Origin: Bacteroidaceae bacterium
Lineage (GTDB): Bacteria > Bacteroidota > Bacteroidia > Bacteroidales > Bacteroidaceae
Length of the DNA stretch: 64,000 nucleotides
Direction of reading: 5' to 3'
NCBI GenBank assembly: GCA_900770705.1
Contig: CAAGLF010000027.1
Coordinates: forward strand, 6,784-70,783
Shown in pieces: positions 47,283-57,376 of the stretch. Within the stretch, counting starts at the first letter, position 1, and the number at the start of each line of letters is the position of its first letter. The notes beneath the pieces were generated by a model that was not told the DNA's origin, made no database searches, and worked only from the letters and a program-made list of their open reading frames with translations. A program made the translations under genes and the position numbers.

Positions 47283-48803
47283 ATGCAGCAACTCATACAA
47301 CTCTATCGCAACCTGTGCGGTGCGCCGCCCGAACGGGTGGAAGCGCTGGCCAAGGCCGGCAGCAACCGCGAATACGTACGCTTCCACGGCCGCGATGGTC
47401 GCACGATGATCGGTGTCATCGGCCCCTCGACCGACGAAAACCGCTGTTTCATCCACTTGAGCCGACATTTCCGGAAGAATGGCCTGCCTGTGCCAGAGAT
47501 ACTGGCCGTGGCCGACGACGACAGCCGCTATCTGCAGACCGACCTCGGCACCCTGTCGCTCTACCAGGCCCTGCAGCGTGGCAGGGACAACGGCGCCTGC
47601 TACGACGAGCGGGAGACGGCACTCCTGGTGCGCACCATCCGCCTGCTGCCGCACGTGCAGGTGGAGGGCGCCCGTGGCCTGGACTTCAGCAAGTGCCTGC
47701 CTCCCGTGGCCTTCGACACGCAGGCGGCGATGTTCGACCTCAACTACTTCAAATACTGCTTTCTGCGCACCACCGACCTGCCGCACGATGAGGTGCGCCT
47801 GGAGCAGGACTTCCGCCAGCTGGCGGCCGACCTCGTGGCCGACGGCTCCGACACCTTCCTCTACCGCGACTTTCAGGCGCGCAACGTGATGCTGGTGAAG
47901 CCGGAAAGCCCGGGCGGCGAGTGGCAGCCCTATTTCATCGACTTTCAGGGCGGGCAGCGCGGCCCTATGCAGTACGACGTGGCCAGTTTCCTCTGGCAGG
48001 CTTCGGCCCGCTACCCGCAGACACTGCGCGAACGCCTCATCGACGAATACCTCGACGAGCTCCTGACCCTCCACTCGCTCGATACGGACAGCTTCCGCCG
48101 CCGGCTGCATCTCTTCGTGCTTTTCCGCATATTGCAGGTGCTGGGCGCCTATGGCCTGAGGGGCTACTTCGAGCGCAAGAAGTACTTCATCGACAGCATT
48201 CCGCCCGCCATACAGAATCTGCGGCGCATGCTGCTCGAAGGGGTGGCGGACAACTATCCCTATCTTGGCGACGTGCTGCGGCGTATGGTGGAGCTTCCGC
48301 AGTTCAACCCGCCCGTATCTGCTCCGAAGAACGCCGCGGAAGCACCGGCCGGCACTCCTGCCGCAGCTCCCGCGCCGGCCGCCTCGCCGCTGGTGGTGAG
48401 GGTCTTCAGCTTCTCCTACAAACGTGGCATTCCCGATGATCCCAGCGGTAACGGAGGCGGCTACGTGTTCGACTGCCGCGCCACCCACAACCCCGGACGC
48501 TACGAGGCGTACAAGCAGCTCACCGGGCTGGACGCGCCGGTCATACAGTTTCTGGAGGACGATGGCGAGATACTGACCTTCCTCGGTAGCGTGTACAAGT
48601 TGGCCGACACCCACGTGCGCCGGTATATCGAGCGGGGATTTACCAGCCTGCAGTTCGCCTTCGGTTGTACGGGCGGACAACACCGCAGCGTCTACTGTGC
48701 GCAGCATTTGGCCGAATATATCCATCGGCAATACGGCGTGGAGGTGCAGCTGACGCACCGCGAGCAGCAGTTGACGGAACACTTTCCTGCCCGCGGACGC
48801 TGA
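47283..48803 (+). CDS. APH/AmgK-like phosphotransferase fused to RapZ C-terminal-like domain
   Basis: GSNREY.R, YRDFQARNVM, IDFQG, YDVAS; C-terminal SFSYKRG, VFDCR...NPG, FGCTGGQHRSV. Confidence 0.85.
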   Translation: MQQLIQLYRNLCGAPPERVEALAKAGSNREYVRFHGRDGRTMIGVIGPSTDENRCFIHLSRHFRKNGLPVPEILAVADDDSRYLQTDLGTLSLYQALQRGRDNGACYDERETALLVRTIRLLPHVQVEGARGLDFSKCLPPVAFDTQAAMFDLNYFKYCFLRTTDLPHDEVRLEQDFRQLAADLVADGSDTFLYRDFQARNVMLVKPESPGGEWQPYFIDFQGGQRGPMQYDVASFLWQASARYPQTLRERLIDEYLDELLTLHSLDTDSFRRRLHLFVLFRILQVLGAYGLRGYFERKKYFIDSIPPAIQNLRRMLLEGVADNYPYLGDVLRRMVELPQFNPPVSAPKNAAEAPAGTPAAAPAPAASPLVVRVFSFSYKRGIPDDPSGNGGGYVFDCRATHNPGRYEAYKQLTGLDAPVIQFLEDDGEILTFLGSVYKLADTHVRRYIERGFTSLQFAFGCTGGQHRSVYCAQHLAEYIHRQYGVEVQLTHREQQLTEHFPARGR

Positions 48804-48834
48804 GAGGCAGGCCTCTGGCCGCCCCCGGGAAAAA

Positions 48835-48885
48835 CGACAGCGTGTGAAACGATACCCTCCGGAAGGGACGTTTCACACGCTGTCG
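48835..48885. terminator. Hairpin between convergent phosphotransferase gene and queE
   Basis: Perfect 17-bp IR CGACAGCGTGTGAAACG/CGTTTCACACGCTGTCG. Confidence 0.6.
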
Positions 48886-48918
48886 GCTATGTGTAAATGC
48901 TATGTGCGGCGGAAGGGG

Positions 48919-49494
48919 CTACCGAATGCCCAGCAGTTTGTGCGTCTGCAGCGACAGGCGCCACTGCGGATGGTGCAGGCAGTAGTCGATGGCCTCCTGG
49001 ATGAGCCGGCGGCTTTCCTCGCGGTCGCCGGTGTCGCAAGGCTGCAGAAAACGGTGGGTGGCTGGAAACGCCTCGTAGCAGTCGGGCACCGCTCCCGTGT
49101 AGACCACCTTGATTTCGTCGGCTCTGGAGAGTACGATCCGGGCGTCCGGCACAAAAAGGTCCTTGGGCGAGAGCGTTACCCAGTCGACCGCAGCGGGCAG
49201 AGGGTGGGTGCCGTTGGTCTCGACCGCGACAAATTTTCCGGCTGCGTGAAGACGCTCCACGAGCTCCCCGGTGAGGAAGAGGGATGGCTCGCCGCCCGTC
49301 AGTACGACGTGGGTGGCTGGATATGCCGCCACGCCGCGCACAATCTCCTCCGGCGTCATCTCGCGTCCTCCGCGGTGGTCGGTGTCGCAGAACGGGCAGC
49401 GGAGATTGCAGCCAGCAAAGCGCACGAACACCGAGGGCGTCCCGGTGAAGAAGCCCTCGCCTTGCAGCGAATAGAAGAGCTCATTGATCAGCAT
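48919..49494 (-). CDS. queE: 7-carboxy-7-deazaguanine synthase (radical SAM)
   Basis: FYSLQGEG, CNLRCPFCDT, LTGGEP, ETNGT, LSLQTHK. Confidence 0.95.
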   Translation of the reverse strand: MLINELFYSLQGEGFFTGTPSVFVRFAGCNLRCPFCDTDHRGGREMTPEEIVRGVAAYPATHVVLTGGEPSLFLTGELVERLHAAGKFVAVETNGTHPLPAAVDWVTLSPKDLFVPDARIVLSRADEIKVVYTGAVPDCYEAFPATHRFLQPCDTGDREESRRLIQEAIDYCLHHPQWRLSLQTHKLLGIR

Positions 49495-49538
49495 GGAGTG
49501 GGGAGTGGGGGATAGGGCGGTGCGGCCGGCGGGGGCGT

Positions 49539-49871
49539 TCAGTCCTTTTCGTAGACGGCAACGTTGCCTTCCGATTCCTGAAAGGCCACCTTGTAACAAT
49601 GGGGCACGTGGTCGCAAATCCACTTGGCAAGGTTCTCGGCCGTGGGATTGAAGGGGAAAAGATCGTTGAGGCATTGGTGGTCCATCTTGTCGAGCACCAT
49701 CTCCTTGATGTGGGTGAAGTCGGCCACCATACCGTTCTTGTCCAGCTCTGCGGCCTTGCAGTAGACCGTGACAATGGCGTTGTGCCCGTGGAGCCGCGTA
49801 CACTTCGAGGAATAATCCAGTGTCAGCCGATGGGCAAAGGATATTTCGATTCTTTTTTCAACGTAATACAT
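49539..49871 (-). CDS. queD: 6-carboxytetrahydropterin synthase
   Basis: AH.L, C.RLHGHN, GMV.DF, NPTAENLA; adjacent to queE. Confidence 0.95.
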   Translation of the reverse strand: MYYVEKRIEISFAHRLTLDYSSKCTRLHGHNAIVTVYCKAAELDKNGMVADFTHIKEMVLDKMDHQCLNDLFPFNPTAENLAKWICDHVPHCYKVAFQESEGNVAVYEKD

Positions 49872-49940
49872 AAGTAGAAAGGCTTTCGCGCTGTCAGATT
49901 CTGTGAACGTGTTGCATCTCTGGTGCCGGAGGGGGAAGTA

Positions 49941-50342
49941 TCAGCGCAGGCGCCACTGCTCGCCGTCGTGTACGAGGTGGAGCAGCAGCTCTTCGTGCTC
50001 GCCGTTGGCGTAGGAAACGACCAGATAGGCCTTCAGGGTTCTCCCGTTGCGGCAGGGCTCCGTGCGGTTGACGCGGATACTGTCGATTTTCCCCTTGTCG
50101 GCCGCCACCTTTCGGGCCCGCTGCTTGAAGAGGAGTGCCAGCTCCTGCCGGTAGTCCTCCGGAAGGCTGTCGCAGGAGTGCATGGCGTCGACACAGGCGG
50201 CGTATTCGCCATTGGCCTGCTGTGCGAAAAGCGCTTCAATCTCCGCGTCCTTGGGCAGTGCCGGCGCCTTGCCGTCTCCGTGGTGGGAGCAGGCAGCGAG
50301 TAGCCACGGCATCAAGAGTCCGGACAGTGTGGTTGTTTTCAT
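49941..50342 (-). CDS. Hypothetical lipoprotein
   Basis: Lipobox LLAAC; abuts der stop codon; ends ...DGEQWRLR. Confidence 0.7.
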   Translation of the reverse strand: MKTTTLSGLLMPWLLAACSHHGDGKAPALPKDAEIEALFAQQANGEYAACVDAMHSCDSLPEDYRQELALLFKQRARKVAADKGKIDSIRVNRTEPCRNGRTLKAYLVVSYANGEHEELLLHLVHDGEQWRLR

Positions 50343-51662
50343 TTATTTCTGACGGATGAAGATGTTGATGGGAGTTCCCGTGAAGTTCCAGCGCTCACGG
50401 ATTTTGTTTTCGAGGAAACGCTTGTACGGCTCCTTGATGTATTGCGGCAGGTTGGCGTAGAACACGAACGAGGGAATGCGCGTGTCGGGCAGTTGGGAGC
50501 AGTACTTGATCTTGATGTACTTGCCCTTGAGCGAGGGGGGCGGATAGGCTTCGATGAGCGGCAGCATCTCTTCGTTGAGCCTTGAGGTGGAAATGCGTGC
50601 CTTGCGGTTGAGGTAGACTTCCTTGGCCGTCTCGAGCACCTTGAATATACGCTGTTTCGTCAGGGCCGAGGCAAAGATGATGGGGAAGTCCGTGAAGGGC
50701 GCCATCCGCTGACGTATGGCCGACTCGAAGTGGTCTATGGCTTTCTGCGACTTGTCTTCGACGAGATCCCACTTGTTGACGACGACGACGAGGCTCTTGC
50801 TGTTCTTCTGAATCAGCTGGAAGATGTTCAGGTCCTGCCCCTCAATGCCGCGTGTGGCGTCGATAAGCAGCAGGCAGACGTCGGCATATTCTATCGCCCG
50901 TATGGAGCGCATCACGCTATAGAACTCCAAGTCTTCCGTGACTTTGTTCTTTTTTCGAATCCCTGCCGTGTCTACCAGATAGAAGTCGAATCCAAATTTA
51001 TCGTATCGTGTCAGAATGGAATCGCGTGTGGTACCGGCGATGTCCGTAACTATATGGCGGTCTTCGCCGATGAAGGCGTTGATGAGCGAGCTCTTGCCCA
51101 CATTCGGACGTCCGACGATGGCAAACCGCGGTATGCCGTCTTCGCTGTCGTCGTTGGCCGCGTCCTTGCCCAGTTTCTCGAGTATTATATCCAGCAGGTC
51201 GCCCGTACCGCTGCCTGTAGCGGCACTCACGCAGTAGGGATCGCCCAGCCCGAGCGCGTAGAAGTCGGCGGAGCCGTACTGGTCTTCGGTGTTGTCCGTC
51301 TTGTTGGCGCAGAGGATGACGGGTACCGTCTTGTTGCGTCGCAGCACCTCGGCCACTTGCATATCCAGGTCGGTCACTCCGTTCTTTACGTCGACGAGGA
51401 AGAGGATGAGGTCGCTCTCCTCGGTGGCGATGAGCACCTGCTTGCGGATTTCCTCCTCGAAGATGTCGTCAGAGTTGACCACCCAGCCGCCTGTGTCGAC
51501 AAGGGAGAACTCTCTGTTACCCCATTGGCATTTGCCATATTGGCGGTCGCGCGTCGTGCCGGCCTCGTCGGAGACAATGGCAGAGCGTGTGCCCGTCAGG
51601 CGATTGAATAAAGTGGATTTCCCTACGTTGGGGCGTCCTACGATGGCTACTAATTGGGACAT
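50343..51662 (-). CDS. der: Ribosome biogenesis GTPase Der
   Basis: Two GRPNVGKS G domains, DTGG/DTAG, KH-like C-terminus. Confidence 0.98.
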   Translation of the reverse strand: MSQLVAIVGRPNVGKSTLFNRLTGTRSAIVSDEAGTTRDRQYGKCQWGNREFSLVDTGGWVVNSDDIFEEEIRKQVLIATEESDLILFLVDVKNGVTDLDMQVAEVLRRNKTVPVILCANKTDNTEDQYGSADFYALGLGDPYCVSAATGSGTGDLLDIILEKLGKDAANDDSEDGIPRFAIVGRPNVGKSSLINAFIGEDRHIVTDIAGTTRDSILTRYDKFGFDFYLVDTAGIRKKNKVTEDLEFYSVMRSIRAIEYADVCLLLIDATRGIEGQDLNIFQLIQKNSKSLVVVVNKWDLVEDKSQKAIDHFESAIRQRMAPFTDFPIIFASALTKQRIFKVLETAKEVYLNRKARISTSRLNEEMLPLIEAYPPPSLKGKYIKIKYCSQLPDTRIPSFVFYANLPQYIKEPYKRFLENKIRERWNFTGTPINIFIRQK

Positions 51663-51720
51663 ATTTTTGCTGAATTTGAAAGTTGGGGGGTGAAGTGTTG
51701 GGGAAAGTGGGAGCTACGGC

Positions 51721-52605
51721 TTAGTCGGTCTTGTATCCGTAGACTTCCAGACGCTTGGCCGATTGCCTCCAGTCCTTGTCGACTTTCACGAATATCTCCA
51801 GATAGATGTTTTTGCCGAAGAAGCGCTCCAAAGTCTTGCGGGCCTCGGTCGATACTTTTTTCAGCGCAACGCCTTTGTGGCCGATGATAATGCCTTTCTG
51901 GCTGTCGCGCTCCACGAAGATGACGGCATTGATGTGTATGGTGCGTTCCGACTCCTTGAATTGCTCCACCACCACCTCCACCGAGTAGGGAATTTCCTTG
52001 TCGTAGTACAGCAGGATTTTCTCCCGGATGATTTCGGTGACGAAGAAGCGTGCCGGCTTGTCCGTCCACTGGTTCTTGTCGAAATAGGGTGGCGACTCCG
52101 GCAGCAGTTCCTTGATTCTCCGCAGTACGTTGTCAACGTTGAATCGTGCTTGTGCCGAGACGGGGAAGATTTCTGCCCCGGGAAGTTTCTCGTGCCACTC
52201 CGCCACAAGTTTTTCGAGGTCGCCCTGATTGGACAGGTCTATCTTATTGATGAGCACGAGTACGGGAACATTCATTTTCGCCACCTTGCTGATGAAGTCC
52301 TCGTTCTTTTCTCCTTTTTCCACGACGTCTGTCACGTAGAGCAGTATGTCAGCGTCTTTCAGTGCGGACTCCGAGAAGGCGAGCATGCTCTCCTGCAGTT
52401 TGTAGTTGGGCTTCAGCACGCCGGGCGTGTCGGAAAATACGATTTGTGCGTCGTCGGAGTTGATAATGCCCATTATGCGGTGGCGTGTGGTCTGCGCCTT
52501 GAAAGTCGCGATGCTTATCCGCTCGCCGACGAAGAGGTTCATCAGCGTGCTTTTGCCCACGTTGGGGTTGCCGACGATGTTGACAAAACCGGATTTGTGG
52601 CTCAT
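51721..52605 (-). CDS. era: GTPase Era
   Basis: GNPNVGKST, QTTR, DTPG, NKID, EIPYS, KH GIIIG. Confidence 0.98.
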   Translation of the reverse strand: MSHKSGFVNIVGNPNVGKSTLMNLFVGERISIATFKAQTTRHRIMGIINSDDAQIVFSDTPGVLKPNYKLQESMLAFSESALKDADILLYVTDVVEKGEKNEDFISKVAKMNVPVLVLINKIDLSNQGDLEKLVAEWHEKLPGAEIFPVSAQARFNVDNVLRRIKELLPESPPYFDKNQWTDKPARFFVTEIIREKILLYYDKEIPYSVEVVVEQFKESERTIHINAVIFVERDSQKGIIIGHKGVALKKVSTEARKTLERFFGKNIYLEIFVKVDKDWRQSAKRLEVYGYKTD

Positions 52606-52716
52606 AGGAGTGATGGTGTGCTTGGAAGGGTTTTCAGGGTAATGGCTATTTTGTCAGCCAAGGCCGGGCAGACAAATTTCCACCCGGCCCGTCGGCTGCT
52701 ATCTGTATAGAAGGGT

Positions 52717-53715
52717 TTACTGTCCGTCGTATCCCCATTTCATATAGGCGGCGCCCCACGTGAATCCGGCTCCGAAGGCGGTGAGTATCAGGTTGTCGCC
52801 TTTCTTGAGTTGCTTTTCGTAATCCCAGAGTGCCAGTGGAAGCGTTCCGGCCGAGGTGTTGCCGTAGCGTTGGATATTGAGCATTACCTTCTCCATAGGC
52901 AGGGAGAGGCGATGGGCTACTGCCTCGATGATGCGTACATTGGCCTGATGGGGGATCACCCACGCTATGTTTTCGTGCGACAGGCCATTGCGTTCGGCGA
53001 TGAGTGCGCTGGCGTCGCTCATGTTGGTTACGGCAAACTTGAATACGGTGCGTCCCTCTTGGTGCAGATAGTGCATGCGGTGGTCGATGGTGAAGTGGCT
53101 CGGGGAGCAGACGGAGCCGCCGGCCTTCATACAGAGGAAAGGCAGGCCCAAACCGTCGGTTCTGAGATAAGAGTCCTTCCATCCGAGATCTTCTGTCGTG
53201 GGTTCCACGAGTACGGCTGCCGCGCCGTCGCCGAAGATGGGACACGTGGCGCGGTCGGTGTAGTCGACCATAGAGGACATTTTGTCGGCGCCGCAAACGA
53301 TAATCTTTTTGTAGCGTCCGCTTTGCACCATACCTGCAGCTGCGTCCATTGCGAAGAGGAAACCACAGCAGGCTGCCTGCATATCGATTGCAAAGGCGTT
53401 TTTCATGCCTAAGCGGCCGATAACGATGCTGGACGTGGAGGGAAAGTGGAAGTCTGGTGTGGTAGTTGCCACTATCAGGCAGTCTATTTCCTGCGGATCG
53501 GTATTGGTCTTTTCGAGGAGTTGCTTGACGGCTTTTCTGGCGAGGTAGCTGGTTCCGAGTCCTTCTTCGTTGAGAATGCGGCGTTCCTTGATACCGATTC
53601 GTGTCATTATCCACTCGTCGTTGGTGTCCACCATTTTGGAGAGCTCGTCGTTGCTCAAGACGTACTCAGGCACGTATCCGCCTACGCCTGTGATGACGGC
53701 ATTTATATTGTTCAT
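52717..53715 (-). CDS. fabH: 3-oxoacyl-ACP synthase III
   Basis: AACCGF, FGDGAAA, PHQAN.RI, YGNTS, GAGFTWG. Confidence 0.96.
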   Translation of the reverse strand: MNNINAVITGVGGYVPEYVLSNDELSKMVDTNDEWIMTRIGIKERRILNEEGLGTSYLARKAVKQLLEKTNTDPQEIDCLIVATTTPDFHFPSTSSIVIGRLGMKNAFAIDMQAACCGFLFAMDAAAGMVQSGRYKKIIVCGADKMSSMVDYTDRATCPIFGDGAAAVLVEPTTEDLGWKDSYLRTDGLGLPFLCMKAGGSVCSPSHFTIDHRMHYLHQEGRTVFKFAVTNMSDASALIAERNGLSHENIAWVIPHQANVRIIEAVAHRLSLPMEKVMLNIQRYGNTSAGTLPLALWDYEKQLKKGDNLILTAFGAGFTWGAAYMKWGYDGQ

Positions 53716-53878
53716 TACGGTAGGTCTGATTTAGTTGTCAATACTACAAAGTCCGACCTTCTCAAGCGGGCTCAATCGGGTCGTGCAATGTTTCTCACAA
53801 AGAAAGTGAGAGTTGAAAGCGGAAAGTTGTCTTTTCTCTCCGCCCTCAACTCTCTTGTGCTTCATTCGTAGTGTGGCA

Positions 53879-54067
53879 TTACTCGGCCGTTTCTTCCTTT
53901 ACGACAGCGAGTTTTCCGCGATAGTAGCCGCAGGTGGGGCATACGGTGTGATAAATGTGCCATCCTCCGCAGTTGGGGCAGATTGCCATAGTGGGCATAG
54001 TTGCCTTGTCGTGGGTTCTACGTTTGAGTGTACGGGTTTTGGATTGTCTTCTTTTAGGATGTGCCAT
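53879..54067 (-). CDS. rpmF: 50S ribosomal protein L32
   Basis: MAHPKRRQSK, CPNC...CPTCGYYRG. Confidence 0.97.
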   Translation of the reverse strand: MAHPKRRQSKTRTLKRRTHDKATMPTMAICPNCGGWHIYHTVCPTCGYYRGKLAVVKEETAE

Positions 54068-54122
54068 GGTTCTTTGGTCTATTTGATTGTTTCTGATTTG
54101 TCGGATGGTGTATGGCGCGGGT

Positions 54123-54578
54123 TCATTCGTCCGGGCCGGCTATGTATTTTGCCACGTCTTCGTTGCATTCTCCGTGGCGGTGTTTCCGCTGGAGGGGCAG
54201 CGCGAGCAGGATGGTTTCGTAGATGTCCCACGACAGGTCGTAGGCCACTTGTGAGGCCGGTATGGCTGTCACCTCGTCGGTCGGCTCCGGGAGTTCGTCT
54301 TCGTAGGCCACCTGAAGGGTGTCTTCGGCTTCCACCGGGATTTCCAGGTCGTCAAGGCAGCAGTCGCAGGGTACGATGACGCTGCCTTCGGCCTTGATGT
54401 GTATCCGAAACAGGCTTCCGGCGCTTTCTCTGACGCTGATGCTGGCAGTCACGTGTCCGTCGGTGATTTCCTGCTGGTCGAGATGGCGGAAAAAGCTGCC
54501 GTTGAGCGTGGTCTCCACGTTCAGTCCCTCCCGGGGGAGGCTGCGTAAGTTTATGTTCAGCGGCTCGTTGCTCGACAT
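54123..54578 (-). CDS. YceD/DUF177 family protein
   Basis: VPCD.CLD, YE.ILLALP...H..GEC; upstream of rpmF; TAACTTTG -7 box at 54587-54594 (minus). Confidence 0.88.
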   Translation of the reverse strand: MSSNEPLNINLRSLPREGLNVETTLNGSFFRHLDQQEITDGHVTASISVRESAGSLFRIHIKAEGSVIVPCDCCLDDLEIPVEAEDTLQVAYEDELPEPTDEVTAIPASQVAYDLSWDIYETILLALPLQRKHRHGECNEDVAKYIAGPDE

Positions 54579-54747
54579 AGCGGCTGCAAAGTTAGCAATT
54601 TTTTTTTGGATAGGAAGCATATTTGCCGCTATTTTTTATCCGCAGCCGCCGTTTGTCTGGCCAGCCTGGCCGGTTGGGGGGCGGGTAGGGCGGCGGGTGG
54701 CCTTGGGATGGCTATATAAATAATGTACGCGCGCGCGATGTCTGGCG

Positions 54748-55917
54748 TCAGAAGCGGGCGGTGATTTGCGCGTCCCACGTGTTGTAATAGCGGTCGCCCT
54801 TGGTGGCGCGGTCGTCGGTGAAGGTGTAGTTCAGCTGGAAGAGCAGGTTTTTCCCGAGCCAGTAGTTGGCGGCGAGTCCCCAGTTGGTTTTCAGCGTGTT
54901 CCAGTGTGCGTTGTCGCGATAGCAGTCCCAGCGTCCGTAGAGCTTGAAGTTTTTGAATGCGGGCCATCCCACGGTGGCGTACCAGGCGTCGGAGTGGCGT
55001 GCTGAGGCGGCGTTGGTGACGATGGCGCCGTGCGACCACATATACTCGCCGCGCACGGTCCATTTGCTTTCGTACTTCACGCCGGCTCCCCAGCGCTGGC
55101 GCTGCGCGGAGCGGAGGTCGGTGCCGTCGCCCTTGTAGCTCTCGTTGGTATATTTGCCGTTCCAGCCGAAGCCGCCGATTTCGAGGTCCTTCATGGGGCG
55201 GAACCAGAGTCCGCCTATGAGGTCTTTGTGGTGGTCTTTGTCAGCGTGGTTGATTCCTTGTCCGTTGAAGAAGCCCACCTGGTAGTGCAGCCACTTGTGT
55301 CCGTCGCCGGCGCTGGGGAAGAGGTCGCCCTGCAGCTGTATGCCGACGTCGCGTCCCGAGCTTTTGTGCTCGCCGATACGGTCGTTGATGGAGGCGAGTT
55401 TCAGGGTGGCCTGCGAGTAGCTGCCGAGGCCCACGTTGAGCGGGCTGTAGGGGTTTTCGAAACCGAAGGAGCGCTTGAACTGTCCCAGCTTCACCCTGAG
55501 GAAGTCGAAGTGCTGCCATTCTATGAAGGCGTCCACGATGCGCGGCCCTTTGTCGTTGCCGGGTGCGCCGTTCACCTCCATCTGCAGGCGGTAGTAGAAG
55601 TCCTTGAAGCAGTAGCCGTTCATATAGAGGCGTACGAAGCGCAGATCGAAGCCGCCGTTGGTGGCAGTGCCGCTCTGGTCGGAAATGGAGTACTTTCCGA
55701 TGATGTATCCGCCGAATTTCAGCTTCATATCGATTTTTTCGGCCATCTTCCGGATGGTCTGCAGGCTGCTTCCCTCTGCGCGGAGTGTGCTGTCGGCCTG
55801 TGTGGCGGCAGCGGCCGCGAAGGGCTGCGGCGTTCCCGCTTCTTCCTTCTCCCCGGCTTGCAGAACATTCACGCTAGCAATGGTCAATATCGCGGGGAAA
55901 ATCAACTTTTTCATCAT
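54748..55917 (-). CDS. Outer-membrane porin (OprO/OprP-like)
   Basis: Signal peptide, DAFIEW, GQFKRSF..E, GRDVG.QL.G, C-terminal Phe; start could be 55941. Confidence 0.8.
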   Translation of the reverse strand: MMKKLIFPAILTIASVNVLQAGEKEEAGTPQPFAAAAATQADSTLRAEGSSLQTIRKMAEKIDMKLKFGGYIIGKYSISDQSGTATNGGFDLRFVRLYMNGYCFKDFYYRLQMEVNGAPGNDKGPRIVDAFIEWQHFDFLRVKLGQFKRSFGFENPYSPLNVGLGSYSQATLKLASINDRIGEHKSSGRDVGIQLQGDLFPSAGDGHKWLHYQVGFFNGQGINHADKDHHKDLIGGLWFRPMKDLEIGGFGWNGKYTNESYKGDGTDLRSAQRQRWGAGVKYESKWTVRGEYMWSHGAIVTNAASARHSDAWYATVGWPAFKNFKLYGRWDCYRDNAHWNTLKTNWGLAANYWLGKNLLFQLNYTFTDDRATKGDRYYNTWDAQITARF

Positions 55918-55948
55918 TGTTTCTGAATTTTTATTATACAAATTGGTG

Positions 55949-55976
55949 CAAAGATACGGCTTTTGAGGTAACTTTG
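55949..55976. promoter_or_regulatory. Back-to-back divergent -7 promoter elements
   Basis: CAAAGATA (TATCTTTG on minus) at 55949-55956 and TAACTTTG at 55969-55976. Confidence 0.65.
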
Positions 55977-55984
55977 CAGCCGTT

Positions 55985-57334
55985 ATGCAGAAAAAAATCG
56001 CAAACAGGCCTTATTCTACCGGCTCCGGAGTCGTTCGTTTCACGGCGAAAATTTTTCTTTTCGCCGCGATAATTCTGCTTTCGGAGCTTCTCGTTTCTCC
56101 CTCCTTCGCAAGAGCTGGCGCGCTGTGTGGCGCGGGCGGTCCTGCCGCTGCGGGCGACACGCTTTCCCGCCTGAACGTTCTTCCATCGGCGACTGCAGGG
56201 GCCGATACGGCCGTAGCGGCCCTCTCTGCGCCGGCCCTGGCCTATCTGGCGGAGCAGAAGCGCGCGGACAGCGCCGGCTTCTTTCGCCGTGTAGTCAACT
56301 ATTTCCGCAATGCCAACAAGCCCGACACCACCAGGAACTTCCATTTCGCCTTTCTCCCCGGCCCCCACTATTCTTCGACCACGGGTTTCGGTATCGGGAT
56401 GGCTGCCACGGGCACTTACTTGATGGACTTTCAGGACAAGTCGCTGCCCAAGTCGAATGTGGCCATCTACGGCGACGTCACGTCCAAGAAATTCTTCATG
56501 GTCGGCGTCAAGGGCACCAATATCTTCCCACAGGAGCGCTACAGGCTGGACTACCGCCTCTATGCCTACACGTTTACCACGCATTACTGGGGCATAGGCT
56601 ACGATGAGGGCCGTGTGGACAGTCTGGAGACCGACTACCGCCGCATTCGCTACGACGCCCAGGCCTCCTTCCTCTTCCGCGTGGCGCCCAAGATGTACAT
56701 AGGACCCAGCGCCGCCTTCCATTACATCCGGGCCACGGACATCGAGCAGCATCCCCCGTACGTGTTCGCAGGACTGCCCCTGTCTGTGCGCAGTGCCTCG
56801 CTCGGCATCAGTTTTGTCTACGACACCCGCGATTTTATCCTGAACGCAGCGCGCGGTTGGTTCGTGCAGTTCGACCAGAACTTCACACCCCGCTTCCTCG
56901 GCAACGGCGACCACTGTTACTCCACGTCCGAGCTCACCGTTTCGACCTATCGCCGCGTGTGGCAGGGAGCCATCCTGGCCGGCGAGCTTCACGGCAAGTT
57001 CAACTACGACGGCACGCCGGCGTGGTGTCTGCTCGCCGACGCGGGTTCCCAGGGCAGAATGCGCGGCTACTACGAAGGCCGCTACCGCGACCGCAGCATC
57101 ATCGAGGCGCAAGTGGAGCTCCGCCAGTACATCAGCGGTCGCTCGGGCGCCGTGGTGTGGCTGGGAGCTGCCGAAGTCTTCCCCAAGTTCTCCGCGCTGC
57201 GCTTCCGCAAGATATTGCCCAACGCCGGTGTGGGCTACCGCTGGGAGTTTATGCCCAGGGTCAACGTCCGTCTCGATTTAGGCTTCACGCGCGACGGCGC
57301 CGGCTTTATGTTCAATCTCAACGAAGCCTTCTGA
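55985..57334 (+). CDS. Omp85 (BamA/TamA-like) beta-barrel protein without obvious POTRA domains
   Basis: LPGPHYS, YDTRD, MRGYYEGRYRD, G.GYRW, NVRLD.G, C-terminal NEAF. Confidence 0.82.
   Translation: MQKKIANRPYSTGSGVVRFTAKIFLFAAIILLSELLVSPSFARAGALCGAGGPAAAGDTLSRLNVLPSATAGADTAVAALSAPALAYLAEQKRADSAGFFRRVVNYFRNANKPDTTRNFHFAFLPGPHYSSTTGFGIGMAATGTYLMDFQDKSLPKSNVAIYGDVTSKKFFMVGVKGTNIFPQERYRLDYRLYAYTFTTHYWGIGYDEGRVDSLETDYRRIRYDAQASFLFRVAPKMYIGPSAAFHYIRATDIEQHPPYVFAGLPLSVRSASLGISFVYDTRDFILNAARGWFVQFDQNFTPRFLGNGDHCYSTSELTVSTYRRVWQGAILAGELHGKFNYDGTPAWCLLADAGSQGRMRGYYEGRYRDRSIIEAQVELRQYISGRSGAVVWLGAAEVFPKFSALRFRKILPNAGVGYRWEFMPRVNVRLDLGFTRDGAGFMFNLNEAF
56040..56090. repeat. 21-bp-periodic array, copy 13 (in-frame in N-terminal hydrophobic region)
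   Basis: 56040 TCACGGCGAAAATTTTTCTTT, 56061 TCGCCGCGATAATTCTGCTTT, then CGGAGCTTC (3 nt out of phase). Confidence 0.6.
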
Positions 57335-57376
57335 CGGCACTCCCCCGTGCCCGAACGAAAATCTACCACGACAGTT

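Noticed and set aside
49872..49940. preQ1 riboswitch upstream of queD
   Set aside because: No recognisable preQ1 stem or A-rich tail on the minus strand
52165..52220. Array-like sequence inside era
   Set aside because: Cores about 25 bp apart; explained by coding sequence
52717..54578. yceD-rpmF-fabH without plsX
   Set aside because: Ordinary arrangement in Bacteroidales as far as I recall
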